Origin: Eledone cirrhosa
Taxonomy: Eukaryota
Assembly (NCBI GenBank): GCA_964016885.1
Contig: OZ024741.1
Span: 129,456,001 to 129,520,000, forward strand
DNA length: 64,000 bases
Direction: 5' to 3'
Part shown: in pieces, positions 13,801-24,730 of the stretch
How positions within the stretch are numbered: position 1 is the first letter of the stretch
Layout: each line of letters begins with the position of its first letter
Program-made: the position numbers and the translations under genes
Notes under the pieces: model-generated
What the model saw: only the letters and a program-made list of their open reading frames with translations
Database searches by the model: none
What the model was told of the DNA's origin: nothing

Positions 13801-16800
13801 ACAGTACAAACCTTTAAAACAAAAATTCCCCAACGCAGTTGGAGACTTCAGAGGGACGGTTACCAAGAGGATATACACTGACATCCTCTTGGAAACACCC
13901 ATGACCAGCGAAAGGGACGATTCTACTGTCCCTTCACCACACGAACAAGGTAAGTGACCCTTTCTCATTTGCCCCGTTTCTCATCCAACATGGCTGTACT
14001 CAGAATAGGCAGTATAAATGCACGTGGCCTGGGGTCATCTTGGAAGCAGGGTCACCTGCTCAATGACCTCAGGTCACTAAACATAGATGTGGTGGCCATC
14101 AGTGAAACCAGAATCTCCGAGGCACGGGCCTTCGCACCGATCTTCGGCAGCTACGATGTATACGCATCTCCCAGCCGTCCAGGATCGGGGGGAAGGGTTG
14201 CCGTCCTTTTTCGGAGAGGCTTGGATCTCGCGATATGGGCCATCTTCCTGGACCCAGAAGATAAGTCGGTGGTGCTGGACGTGACCGGCAGCGAAGGCAA
14301 TGCTTTCAGGCTAGTAGCCGTCTACGCCCCAACAGGGGCAGGGTGGCCAGATTTCTTCAGACGTCAAGAGACCTTTCTTGGAACGTCCCGCTCTTTAGTG
14401 TTAGTGGGCGACTGGACGGTATCTTGGATGCACGCTGGGATCGTGTGGGGCTAGTGGATAGGGAGGAGGGTGCAAGAGCCTCACCAACCTGCTCAGACGT
14501 TTTGAACTGTCTGATAGGTATCGACTGGATCACCCGAATGTGCCAATGTGGACATGGACAAACCGCATCGGGTCATCCAGATCGTATCTAGATAGGGTAT
14601 TCTGCAGGGAACTAGATAAGGCTAGTATAAGTTGTCCACAATTTAAAATAGTCGACTACACAGACCACAAATTTGTGATCTGTGATATCAACATAGACAG
14701 ACTTCATAGACAAGGGCCTGGTTACTGGAAGCTGAACGCGTCTTTCCCGGCGCGCAAAGCCTACAGAGACCGGATTAGCGTATTAGTTAAGCGGGCAATG
14801 ACGGGAGCCGTCGTCAACAACAGGTGGTGGTTCGCCCTGAAAAGGGCAATTAAAGTAGAGTCGATTAGGTTTAGTAAAGGAATAGTGATAGAGGAAAATA
14901 GAGTAGAGGGAGAGCTAGTCAGAAAGCTAGAAGAGGCGTTTAGGACAGGCATCGCAACCGACGTGCTTGCGGCGAGATTGGCACTCGACCAATTCTTCAA
15001 CGCAAAACACGAAGGCTGCGTTGTCAGAGCTAGAGCGCGTGCTTTGAAACACGAGGGTACAAAAGCCGTCCAATGGATCCGAGTGGCAGAGGCGCGACGT
15101 AGCAACAAAGCCACAATTCGGTCTTTGCCTGACCAAAACGGGTGCGTGATGCTCGAACCCGAGCAGATGTGTGAAGCTTTTCAGCGGCACTTTGCTGAAC
15201 TGTTCGGGAGCGGCGGCGGCCCGGATCGGGGCATGGACTTCAGTGCATACCTCAACGGACTGCCTCGGCTCTCGACGACCGCAGCACAGTGTTGCGAAAA
15301 GCCAATAGCAGCTGGTGAAATACGGGAAGCGATGGCTAACTGCACAAGAGGTAAATCGCCAGGTTTAGATGGTCTGCCCTACGAGCTTTATGCATTTATG
15401 CCAGACTTGTTCGGTGACCTCTTGGCAGACGACTACTGCAACTGGCAGCAGAACGGGAGCATTCCCAGTTTTGTGAGCTGGGGAGGAGTGGCGCTGCTGA
15501 GAAAAGACCCGAACAAGGGGATGTTATTGATAATTTCAGGCCCATAACCCTGCTAAACGCAGAGTTCAAGATTTTGGCCAAGGTGTTAGCAACGAGGTTG
15601 GCGCTTGTCGTCAAGGGTCTGGTGGGAGAGGCGCAGATATGCGCCATTCCGGACAGATCCATACACGACAACCTCCACCTCATGCGATACATCATAGAGA
15701 GGGTGGTTATGGAACCTGGCAAGGGTAGGGCCCTGATCAACTTGGATCAATCCAAAGCATTCGATAGGGTCGACCATCGGTACCTGGCGGCGGTCCTCGA
15801 GGCAACCGGTTTCGGGCCCGTTTTCAGGCGTTGGATCGCAGCAATGTACAGCGACATCTGCTCAGTTGTGAGGGTGAACGGTCACCTGTCGCAGCCATTC
15901 AGCATCATGCGCTCAGTCCGCCAGGGTTGTCCCCTCTCGTCCCTCTTGTACGTATTGGCTCTCGAGCCGTTACTGCACAAACTGGGGGCGATGAGGGGCG
16001 TCCCACGCGAACTAGGATGCGGAAATCCGAGTCGGCTTACGCTGACGACGTCACCGTGGTGGTGTCGAGCACCAGACACGTCCAGATGCTCGGCACCGCT
16101 CTCAAGGAATACGAAGCGGTGACAGGAGCAAAGATAAACCAGTGGGCTTGCAGATAGGCATCTGGAGAGGCAAGTCCATGCCGTCCGACAGCGTCGTAGG
16201 GCGTTGGACGGACGGACCGGTTAAATTGCTCGGGGTCTGGTTCGGACCGGACCTCCAGATGGAGAAAAACTGGAACGAGGTGACGAGCAGGGTGGCCTCC
16301 CTCACCCAGAAATAGGCCGAGAGGAAGCTGTCCTTGAAAGGCCGGGCGGAAGTGGCGAATGCGTACATTGCATCCGTCATCTGCTACCGCCTCACCGTCG
16401 TCCCTTGCTCCAGCCCAACTCTCACCAAAATGGAGCGCTCTTCTTCCGCTTTTTGTAGAAGGGACGCGCTCCCATGGTCAGACGATCCATCTGCTGTCAA
16501 CACCCGTTGCGTGGAGGACTGGGCATGCCATGGCTGATGATGCGCAAACATGCGCTGAGGCTGCGACATCTCTGGTGCTTCCTTGATGGTGAACGGGTGT
16601 GGTCGCCGTTCGCCAGGCACATTTTCCCACAGTTCGTCGCCTTGACGGAGCTGCAGTCCTGGGTCAGAAAAAGACTGAGGGATAGCGCTTGGAAACTGGA
16701 ATGTCTCCAGGCGCTCACTGCCCTCTCCCAGTTGGGCATCAGTATCGGTGGAACATCCACCTCGGCGTTCTATAGAGGACTAGTGGAGGGTAAGAGCGAC

Positions 16801-17681
16801 GACATTCTCGGAGAGATCCTGGGCGTCGAAGAAGATCAGCTGTTTGCTCTCTTCCGGAGAACTTTCATCCCGGGGCCTATGGATAACTTCCCAAAATCCC
16901 TGGCCTGGCAGTGCTACCGGGGAGCGCTGCCGGTTCGGAAGTGCCGTCAGCCGAGGCAGTCCGAGATGCGCGCATAGCGACGAAACCATTGTGCACGCAC
17001 TCGTTCAGTGCCCGAGCATTGCTGACTTGTGGAGCTATGTCGAACAGTTGCTGTCGCGTGTGGGACTGATCCGGTTGTCGACTGAGTCCATTGTGCAGAT
17101 GGTCTCGCCGTCTTCCTTCGAGGAGGAAGGGCAGGCGGTTTTCATCTGCCTGGTGGCCATGGCGAAAGAGATTGTGTGGTGGACAAGGTTAAAAGGATTA
17201 AAGACAAACACTTTCCTCTTCGGCGAATCCCTAATTAACTTTTTCAAGTTTCACTTGAAGAGGAAAATCAGGGTGGAGAGGCAAGTGCTGCTTTCTAGCA
17301 AGTTTGTTGAAAGGTGGGTGAATGTAGCGAGAATGGTCCGAGTGAACGGAACCACTCTGAATATACGTCTGTAGTTTGAGGATGGAAAAATTGAGAGAGG
17401 GCGCTTGCCCTGGTGGTCAGGGTGGCCGTGGTATTTTGTGTGGTTTTCGCCACGAGTAACCCTCGGAGGTTTCCCCCCTATTGGGGAATTTTTCATTGTT
17501 TCAATTTTCATTTTATTGTTTATATATATATGTTTTATGTCTTTCTTTTTCTTTTCTTATATAAATAATAAAAATCTTTACACGCACAAAACCCACATCG
17601 TACCGTCCTGTTCCGTCTGTGATGTATTTCTTGATGTCAGCCCTTGTGGTCAATAAAGAAATCATTATTATTATTATTATT
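13801..17681 (+). mobile_element. Tx1-type LINE copy B (5'-truncated in ORF1; frameshifted ORF2)
   Basis: ORF1 tail KFPNAVGDFRG...DDSTVPSP. ORF2 runs from ATG 13990 to stop 17374, split over several frames. Ends AATAAAGAAATC(ATT)n. Confidence 0.92.
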
Positions 17682-17896
17682 GAATGCCATGGTTGACGGA
17701 GGCTCGGTTCTGTAAGGTATTGTAAATTTTGACCGCTATAACAATTGTAAATTATTTAAAACTTTAACCAAATTGTAGACAAAAACACCCTCCTCCTCGT
17801 GAGAGGGGTCTTTCTGCCCGTTATTTGGCCCTTCGGGGTTAAATAATCGCTTATTGGTGTTTTGTGCCCAATATTTATTTTAAACAAAAAAAAAAC

Positions 17897-20059
17897 ATGG
17901 CCACGAAAAAGAATTTTCATAGGTCACTCCCACTCATTCCGTCTTCTTCATCAATCATCACTACAGCAGAGAGAAAATTGTCTCTCTCCCTCCCTTCTCT
18001 AAATGTGTCTTTCTCCCTCCCTTCTCTAAATGTGTCTCTCTCCCTCCCTTCTCTTTCGCAAGCGACGACAGAAAAGAAAAATCTCGTGCAAAGCGTGCAA
18101 GATTTCTCCACAACGACGACGACAACGACGAAACAGGTGTGCGGGAAATACGAAAACCCATTTCATTCGTCTGACGTCAGGAATAATAGCAGTAGCAGCC
18201 GTAATAACAACAGCAACAGTGACAAGGAAAACAACAGTAGCAGCCGCAACAGCATCAGCAGCAGCATAAACAACAACAGCATTAGCAGCAACAACAACAG
18301 CAGCAGCAGCAGCAGCAGCAACAACAACAACAACCACAGCAACAGCGGCGCCGGCAGTAGTCGTAGTACCTGCAGCAACAACAAAAGTAACAGCAGCTCT
18401 GACGACAACAACAACAACAACAGCAGCAAAGAAAAACCAATCTCGTTTGCAGGTATCGCAAAGAACCTGGAAACCATCCTCATAAAAAATGAGGAATTAG
18501 AGGAAGCGAAGAAGATGGTGACAAAAACTGGACACCGAGCAATCTGCAAGGTAGCTGAAAATCTTTTCGAAACCCAACAGCACTGTACGGTCACGTACCG
18601 TATAGTAAGTACAAAATCCCGTAGGGTTGAAAGAGCCACAGAGGCTCAAATACAAAAAGCCTTGGGGTCTGTGTGGCAGCGGAAAACGCACATCACCCGA
18701 GGCAAGAAATATGCCACCGTAGACGTACTTTTTGCCACACCCCAGGAGGCAAAGGATCAATCCTTAGTGACCCTAAGGAGCGAGGAAATGGTGTTGGTGC
18801 CCTCCTACTGCGGGCAAAAAATTGTGAGGGTCAAACTGACCCACGTCCCCCCCGGGATGGCCTCTTCTTGGCTGGCCGCGTCTGTCCTCGTCGGAATCGA
18901 GGACAAAACAACTGTACTGCAATTACAGAAAAAAGTAAAAGAAGATTGGGTCGGCACCTCCATTGAGATGTTAATCCAAACCAACCAGGAGTGCATCGAA
19001 GCTATCCCGGATGTGATAGACTTCGATAACGGCACTCAATTGCCCATAAGTGTTGAGGGCAAACGCCCGAAATGCTTTCGCTGTGGATCGAAGACTCACC
19101 TCAGGGCCTTCTGCAACGAGAAGACCCTGAGAAAGGAGAAAACCCCCCTCCTTACGAAACCGGCTCCACGGCTACCAGCAACAGGACAAGCGGCAACCAG
19201 GAACGATAGGTCCGTAGCACCCATACCCACGCCACGGAAATCAAAAACAGCAGCAGCAGTGGAAGTATTAACAACAACAACAGCAATACCAAATGCAGCT
19301 GCAACAGAGACTCCAGTGCAAACATCACCAACAACAACAAGTGAAAGAGTGGAGCTGGTACCCCTCCCCGACCTCACAGAATCAGACATGGAGTGTGAGG
19401 TGGGAGAGGGATGGCAAAAGGTCGTAAGAAGGCACAAACGCAGAAGCAGCGCATCGTCACCTTCGAAAAGGGAGGAAAGAAATGAAAAAAGGGTAAAGGC
19501 TACTGCAAAGAGACTCACAGCAGCAACACCACCAACACCATCACAACCCACACTAGCACCACCATCACCACCGGCGACAACCCCACCGCCAACAACAACA
19601 ACACCTTCAACACCACCACCACAAGCACCAACATCGCAAACACAACAACAAAACACACACACCCAGCAACAACGACAAGAAAATAGCAGAACCACACCCC
19701 ACCCCCAGAAAAACAAATGCACAGCAATAAATACACACAACAAGAAACTAATGACTTACATAATTGAACACACAGACATTTCACAACACGACTACATAAT
19801 ACCAGCACCAATCAAAACGCCAACTAACATAAGACTGCTAAAAATAGCACAGAAACAATACACAAACATTAAAACGAAATTCCCCAAATCAGTTGGTGAT
19901 TTCAGAGACCTAGGAGGGACTCTCAATCGAAGAGTATATTCGGACATACTCATAGAAGAGCCGACGACCAGCCGAAGGGACGATTCAACGGTCCCTTCAC
20001 CAGACGATCAAGTGAAAAGGGATGGAAAAACCATCCCTCCTCTACGAAAAGTACGGTAA
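17897..20059 (+). CDS. Tx1/L1-clade ORF1 nucleic-acid-binding protein (CCHC zinc knuckle)
   Basis: First ATG at 17897. Zinc knuckle CFRCGSKTHLRAFC (CX2CX4HX4C) preceded by ISVEGKRP, GWQKVVRR motif, and S/N- and P/T-rich linkers. Confidence 0.88.
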   Translation: MATKKNFHRSLPLIPSSSSIITTAERKLSLSLPSLNVSFSLPSLNVSLSLPSLSQATTEKKNLVQSVQDFSTTTTTTTKQVCGKYENPFHSSDVRNNSSSSRNNNSNSDKENNSSSRNSISSSINNNSISSNNNSSSSSSSNNNNNHSNSGAGSSRSTCSNNKSNSSSDDNNNNNSSKEKPISFAGIAKNLETILIKNEELEEAKKMVTKTGHRAICKVAENLFETQQHCTVTYRIVSTKSRRVERATEAQIQKALGSVWQRKTHITRGKKYATVDVLFATPQEAKDQSLVTLRSEEMVLVPSYCGQKIVRVKLTHVPPGMASSWLAASVLVGIEDKTTVLQLQKKVKEDWVGTSIEMLIQTNQECIEAIPDVIDFDNGTQLPISVEGKRPKCFRCGSKTHLRAFCNEKTLRKEKTPLLTKPAPRLPATGQAATRNDRSVAPIPTPRKSKTAAAVEVLTTTTAIPNAAATETPVQTSPTTTSERVELVPLPDLTESDMECEVGEGWQKVVRRHKRRSSASSPSKREERNEKRVKATAKRLTAATPPTPSQPTLAPPSPPATTPPPTTTTPSTPPPQAPTSQTQQQNTHTQQQRQENSRTTPHPQKNKCTAINTHNKKLMTYIIEHTDISQHDYIIPAPIKTPTNIRLLKIAQKQYTNIKTKFPKSVGDFRDLGGTLNRRVYSDILIEEPTTSRRDDSTVPSPDDQVKRDGKTIPPLRKVR

Positions 20060-20094
20060 GTGGTCTTTTCCATCTTTTCCACTCTATTTTAAAC

Positions 20095-23000
20095 ATGACC
20101 TCACTCAGAATAGGCAGCATAAATGCGCGTGGCTTGGGGTCGTCATGGAAGCAGGGTCACCTGCTCAACGACCTCAGGTCACTAAACATATATGTAGTGG
20201 CCATCAGCGAGACCAGAATCTCCGAAGCACGGGCCTTCGCACCGATCTTCGGCGGCTACGATGTGTACGCATCTCCCAGCCGTCCTGGATCGGGGGGAGG
20301 AGTTGCTGTGCTTTTTCGGAGAGGTTTGGATCTCGCCATACGGGCCATCTTCCTGGACCCAGAGGGTAAGTTGGTAGTGCTGGACGTGACCAGCGGAGAC
20401 GGGCAAGCTTTCAGGCTAGTGGCCGTCTATGCCCCGACAGGAGCAGGGTGGCCTGATTTCTTCCGGCGTCTGGAGACCTTTCTTGGAACGTCCCGCTCTT
20501 TAATGTTAGTGGGCGACTGGAACGGGATCTTAGATGCACGCTGGGACTGTGTGGGATTAGCGGATAGGGGTGGAGGGTGCAAGAGCCTCACCAACCTGCT
20601 CAGGCGTTTTGAACTGTCTGACAGGTACCGATTGGATTTCCCGAATGTGCCAATGTGGACTTGGACAAATCGCATAGGGTCATCCAGATCATATCTAGAT
20701 AGAGTATTTTGTAGGGAAATAGATAGGTCTAGCATATGCTGTCCACAATTCAAGATAGTCAGCTACACGGACCACAAATTCGTGATCTGTGTGCTTGACT
20801 TAGATAGGCTTCATAGACGAGGACCCGGCTACTGGAAGCTAAACGCGTCCTTACCAGCGCGTAAGGCCTACAGAGACCGGATTAGCGAACTAGTTAAGCG
20901 GGCGTTGACGGGGGCCATCGTCAACAACAAGTGGTGGTTTGCTCTGAAAAGAGCGATTAGAATAGAATCTATTAGGTTTAGTAAGGCTTTAGCAATAGAG
21001 AAAAATAGAGCAGAGGGAGAACTAGTTAGAAAATTAGACGAGGCGCTTAGCAAAGGCATCGCGACCGACGTGATTGCGGCGAAATTGGCCCTTGACCAAT
21101 TCTTCAATGCAAAGCACGAAGGCTGCGTTGTCAGAGCTAGGGTGCGTGCTCTCAGACACGAGGGGACGAAAGCCGTTCAATGGGGCCGAGTGGCGGAGGC
21201 GCGTCGTGGCAACAAAGCCACGATCCAGTCTTTGGTGGACCACGATGGGCGCATGCTACTCGATCCCGGGCAAATGTGTGAAGCTTTTCAGCGACACTTC
21301 GCTCAGCTGTTCGGGGGCAGCGGTGGGCCGGGTCGAGGGATGGACTTTAGTGTCTACCTCGACGGACTGCCGCGGGTCTCGGCCACTGAGGCGGAGTGTT
21401 GCGAAAAGCCCATAACAGCCGCTGAAGTAAGGGAGGCAATGACTGGCTGCACAAGGGGTAAATCGCCTGGTTTGGATGGTCTGCCCTATGAACTTTACGT
21501 ACAGATGCCAGACTTGTTCGGAGGCCTCTTGGCGGACGTCTACTGCAACTGGCAACAGAACGGGAGAATTCCCAGTTCTGTGAGCCGAGGAGCGGTGGCA
21601 CTGCTGAGAAAGGATCCGAACAAGGGGGATAACATAGATAATTTCCGGCCCATAACTCTGCTAAACACAGAGTTCAAGATTTTGGCCAAGGTGCTAGCAA
21701 AGAGGTTGGCGCTTGTCGTTGGTGGTCTGGTGGGAGAGGCGCAGACATGCGCCATTCCCGACAGATCCATCCACGACAACCTCCACCTCATGCGATACAT
21801 CGTAGAGAGGGTAGCTAAGGAACCTGGCACGGGTGGGTCCTTGATCAATTTAGATCAGTCGAAAGCTTTCGATAGGGTCGACCATCGTTACCTAGCGGCA
21901 GTCCTGAGGGCGGCTGGCTTTGGGCCCGTCTTCAGAGGCTGGATTGCTGCCATGCACAGCGACATCTGCTCTGTGGTGAGAGTGAACGGTCACCTATCGG
22001 AATCGTTCAACATCATGCGCTCGGTCCGCCAAGGATGTCCCCTCTTGTCCCTCTTGTACGTATTGACTCTCGAGCCATTACTGCACAAACTGGAGACGTT
22101 GAGGGGCGTCCCGCGCGAACTAGGATGCGGAAGATCCGTGTCAGCATACGCGGACGATGTCACCGTAATGGTGTCGAACGCCAAACACATCGAGGCGATC
22201 GGCACTACACTAAGAGAATACGAAGCGGTGACAGGAGCAATGAACAACCAGGAAAAGTCAGTGGGCCTGCAGCTCGGCACCTGGAGATGCAGGTCCATGC
22301 CGTCCAACAGCGTCGTCGGACGCTGGACGGACGGACCGGTTAAATTGCTAGGGGTCTGGTTCGGTCCGGACCTCCAGACGGACAAAAACTGGGACGAGGT
22401 GACGAGCAGGGTGGCTTCTCTCACCCAGAAATGGGCCGAAAGGAAGCTATCCCTGAAAGGTCGAGCGGAGGTGGCTTACGCGTACATCGCGTCTGTCATC
22501 TGCTACCGCCTGACCGTCGTACCTTGTCCTAAGCCTCGCCTGACTGCGCTGGAGCGTTTGCTCTTTCGCTTTTTGTGGAAGCGACGCGCTCCGATGGTCA
22601 GGCGGTCCATCTGTTGTCAACACCCGCTACGTGGAGGGCTGGGCATGCCGTGGCTGATGATGCGCAGGAACGCGCTCAGGCTACGACATCTCCACCTCTT
22701 CCTCAACGGTGATCAGGTGTGGTCGCCGTTTGCTAGACACGTATTTCCTCAGCTCGTTTCTTTGACGGAGCTGCAGTCCTGGGTCAAGCGAAGACCGAGA
22801 GGGAGCGCCTGGAGACTGGAATGTCTTCAGGCGCTCACAGCCCTCGACCAATCGGGCAATGTGATAGGTGGAAACTCCACCTCGGCGTTCTATAGAGGAT
22901 TAGTGGAGGGGAAGAGCGACGACGTACTTGGGGAAACTCTAGGCGTCGACGAAAATCAACTAGCCAATCTCTTCGGAAGAACTTTCGGGCCGGGGCCTAT

Positions 23001-23514
23001 GGACAACTTCCAGAAATCTCTGGCCTGGCAGTGCTACCGAGGAGCCTTGCCAGTTCGGGATAAACTCTACAGGCATGGAGGGGCCGTCAGCCGGGCATGT
23101 CCGAGATGCGCACAGGGTGACGAAACCGTCCTACACGCACTCGTCCAGTGTCCGAAAATTGCTGACTTGTGGGTTTATGTCGAACACCTGCTGTCGCGTT
23201 TAGGACGGATCCGGCTATCATCTGAGTCCATCATGAGGATTGCCCCGCCCTCCTCCTTTAGCCGGGAAGGGCAGGCAGTTTTTATCTGCCTGGTGACCAT
23301 GGCGAAAGAGATAGTATGGTGGACACGTTTGAAAGGGCTGAAGACGAGCACTTACCTCTTCGGTGATGCTCTGATTGACTTTTTCAAATTTCATTTGAAA
23401 AGGAAAATCAGAGTAGAGAGGGAAGTGCTCTCTTCCCAGCATTTTGTTGAAAGATGGGTGAGAGAAGCAAGAATGGCCCGAGTGAATGGGCCTACTCTGA
23501 GTATATATCTGTAA
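20095..23514 (+). CDS. Tx1/L1-clade ORF2: APE endonuclease, reverse transcriptase, C-terminal zinc motif (1139 aa, uninterrupted)
   Basis: APE motifs GSINARGL, SET, GDWN, YLDR, TDH. RT motifs KSPGLDGLPYE, NFRPITLLN, DQSKAFDRV, RQGCP, YADD. C-terminal CPRC...HALVQC. Confidence 0.96.
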   Translation: MTSLRIGSINARGLGSSWKQGHLLNDLRSLNIYVVAISETRISEARAFAPIFGGYDVYASPSRPGSGGGVAVLFRRGLDLAIRAIFLDPEGKLVVLDVTSGDGQAFRLVAVYAPTGAGWPDFFRRLETFLGTSRSLMLVGDWNGILDARWDCVGLADRGGGCKSLTNLLRRFELSDRYRLDFPNVPMWTWTNRIGSSRSYLDRVFCREIDRSSICCPQFKIVSYTDHKFVICVLDLDRLHRRGPGYWKLNASLPARKAYRDRISELVKRALTGAIVNNKWWFALKRAIRIESIRFSKALAIEKNRAEGELVRKLDEALSKGIATDVIAAKLALDQFFNAKHEGCVVRARVRALRHEGTKAVQWGRVAEARRGNKATIQSLVDHDGRMLLDPGQMCEAFQRHFAQLFGGSGGPGRGMDFSVYLDGLPRVSATEAECCEKPITAAEVREAMTGCTRGKSPGLDGLPYELYVQMPDLFGGLLADVYCNWQQNGRIPSSVSRGAVALLRKDPNKGDNIDNFRPITLLNTEFKILAKVLAKRLALVVGGLVGEAQTCAIPDRSIHDNLHLMRYIVERVAKEPGTGGSLINLDQSKAFDRVDHRYLAAVLRAAGFGPVFRGWIAAMHSDICSVVRVNGHLSESFNIMRSVRQGCPLLSLLYVLTLEPLLHKLETLRGVPRELGCGRSVSAYADDVTVMVSNAKHIEAIGTTLREYEAVTGAMNNQEKSVGLQLGTWRCRSMPSNSVVGRWTDGPVKLLGVWFGPDLQTDKNWDEVTSRVASLTQKWAERKLSLKGRAEVAYAYIASVICYRLTVVPCPKPRLTALERLLFRFLWKRRAPMVRRSICCQHPLRGGLGMPWLMMRRNALRLRHLHLFLNGDQVWSPFARHVFPQLVSLTELQSWVKRRPRGSAWRLECLQALTALDQSGNVIGGNSTSAFYRGLVEGKSDDVLGETLGVDENQLANLFGRTFGPGPMDNFQKSLAWQCYRGALPVRDKLYRHGGAVSRACPRCAQGDETVLHALVQCPKIADLWVYVEHLLSRLGRIRLSSESIMRIAPPSSFSREGQAVFICLVTMAKEIVWWTRLKGLKTSTYLFGDALIDFFKFHLKRKIRVEREVLSSQHFVERWVREARMARVNGPTLSIYL

Positions 23515-23802
23515 ATTAAAGGTGGAAAACTGGGAGAGGGCACTTGCCTTGGTGGTCAGGGTCATTGTGGCTTTTTACTGGGCTTTCTCCACAAATGTCC
23601 CTCCGAAGTCTCCCCCCTATTGGGGAATTTTTCATTGTTATTTTTTGTTACACCCTCTGTTTTTTTTGTCTTTTTTACACGCAGAAATGCCCATTTGTAC
23701 CGTCCTGTATTGTCGTGCACTGTCCTTAATGTCTACTTTATGTAAACCCTTGTGGTTAATAAAGAAATCATTATTATTATTATTATTATTATTTTTTTTT
23801 AA

Positions 23803-23852
<50 letters not shown>

Positions 23853-24039
23853 GACATCTTATACAACCACTTGCCGGGTCATTACCTATGTCTGGGGAAA
23901 GAGAAGATGATTAATTGCTTTCAACTGCCTGAATAGGAGGTGCCACAAAATGTGTGGTTTGTGCACATAACTTGGCATTGAATATATAGAAGGAAGTATA
24001 GAGGTATATAAAGTATAATTTAAATTAAGTGGTTTATTT

Positions 24040-24400
24040 CCTTGAACTTTTCGGTCTCAGCTAACTGGAAGTATTGTTATATTGTCTGCTTCCTTTAATG
24101 GTTCTGAGTGGTGTTCATACCAGTTGATGACTGTTTTTATTTTGTATTGGTTGCATATTCAGTATTGGATGGTCTAAGATGAGATATTCCATTGTTCCCT
24201 CATATTGGTAACAAAACCTGCATTTTGGATGGGTTTGCACCATATTTTAGGACATGAGCTTGGTAATTTCTGGCAAGCAAGCTTTGATCTTGTGCTGCCA
24301 ATATAAATCCGCATGTCTCTGCTTTCAGTTTTGAACTCTTTGGCCACTGATAGGTTGTTTTCTACATTAGCATCTTTATTTCGGGGTATATACTTTCCAC
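24040..24400 (-). pseudogene. Degenerate GIY-YIG (PLE-like) fragment
   Basis: Minus-strand translation includes ...ESRDMRIYIGSTRSKL; heavily decayed. Confidence 0.4.
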
Positions 24401-24444
24401 GTGGAAGCTTTTGTCTTCATAGTTCTTCTAAATATGAGAATCCG

Positions 24445-24730
24445 CGTGGCTTAATGGTTAAGGCATTCGACTCACGATCGTAAAATCGTGAGATCAATTG
24501 TATACTTGATAAAGAACTTTATTTTACGTTGCTCCAGTCCACTCAGTTGGTAAAAATGAGTTGTACCTGTAATTCAAAGTGCCAGCCATGTCACGCTGAT
24601 TCCCTTTGAGAATTACTTAAGAGGTACAAGTATCTAAGGAATGCGCAGCCACCTGCATATTCGTTTCATGAGCAGTCTATTCTTTTGGTAAAACAACTGG
24701 AGTAATCATTGTCGGAACCGACAGAATTCC
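24445..24730 (+). mobile_element. Second tRNA-derived SINE family (CORE-like); relatives at 36470-36730, 54830-54975 and 25190-25350(-)
   Basis: Head TGGCTTAATGGTTAAG and shared ACTT(T/C)ATTT(T/C)ACGTTGCTCCAGT block. Confidence 0.6.

Larger units (their letters stand above)
17682..23852 (+). mobile_element. Tx1-type LINE copy A, full length (~6.1 kb)
   Basis: 5' UTR, two long intact ORFs, 3' UTR and a long (ATT)n tail. Confidence 0.95.
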
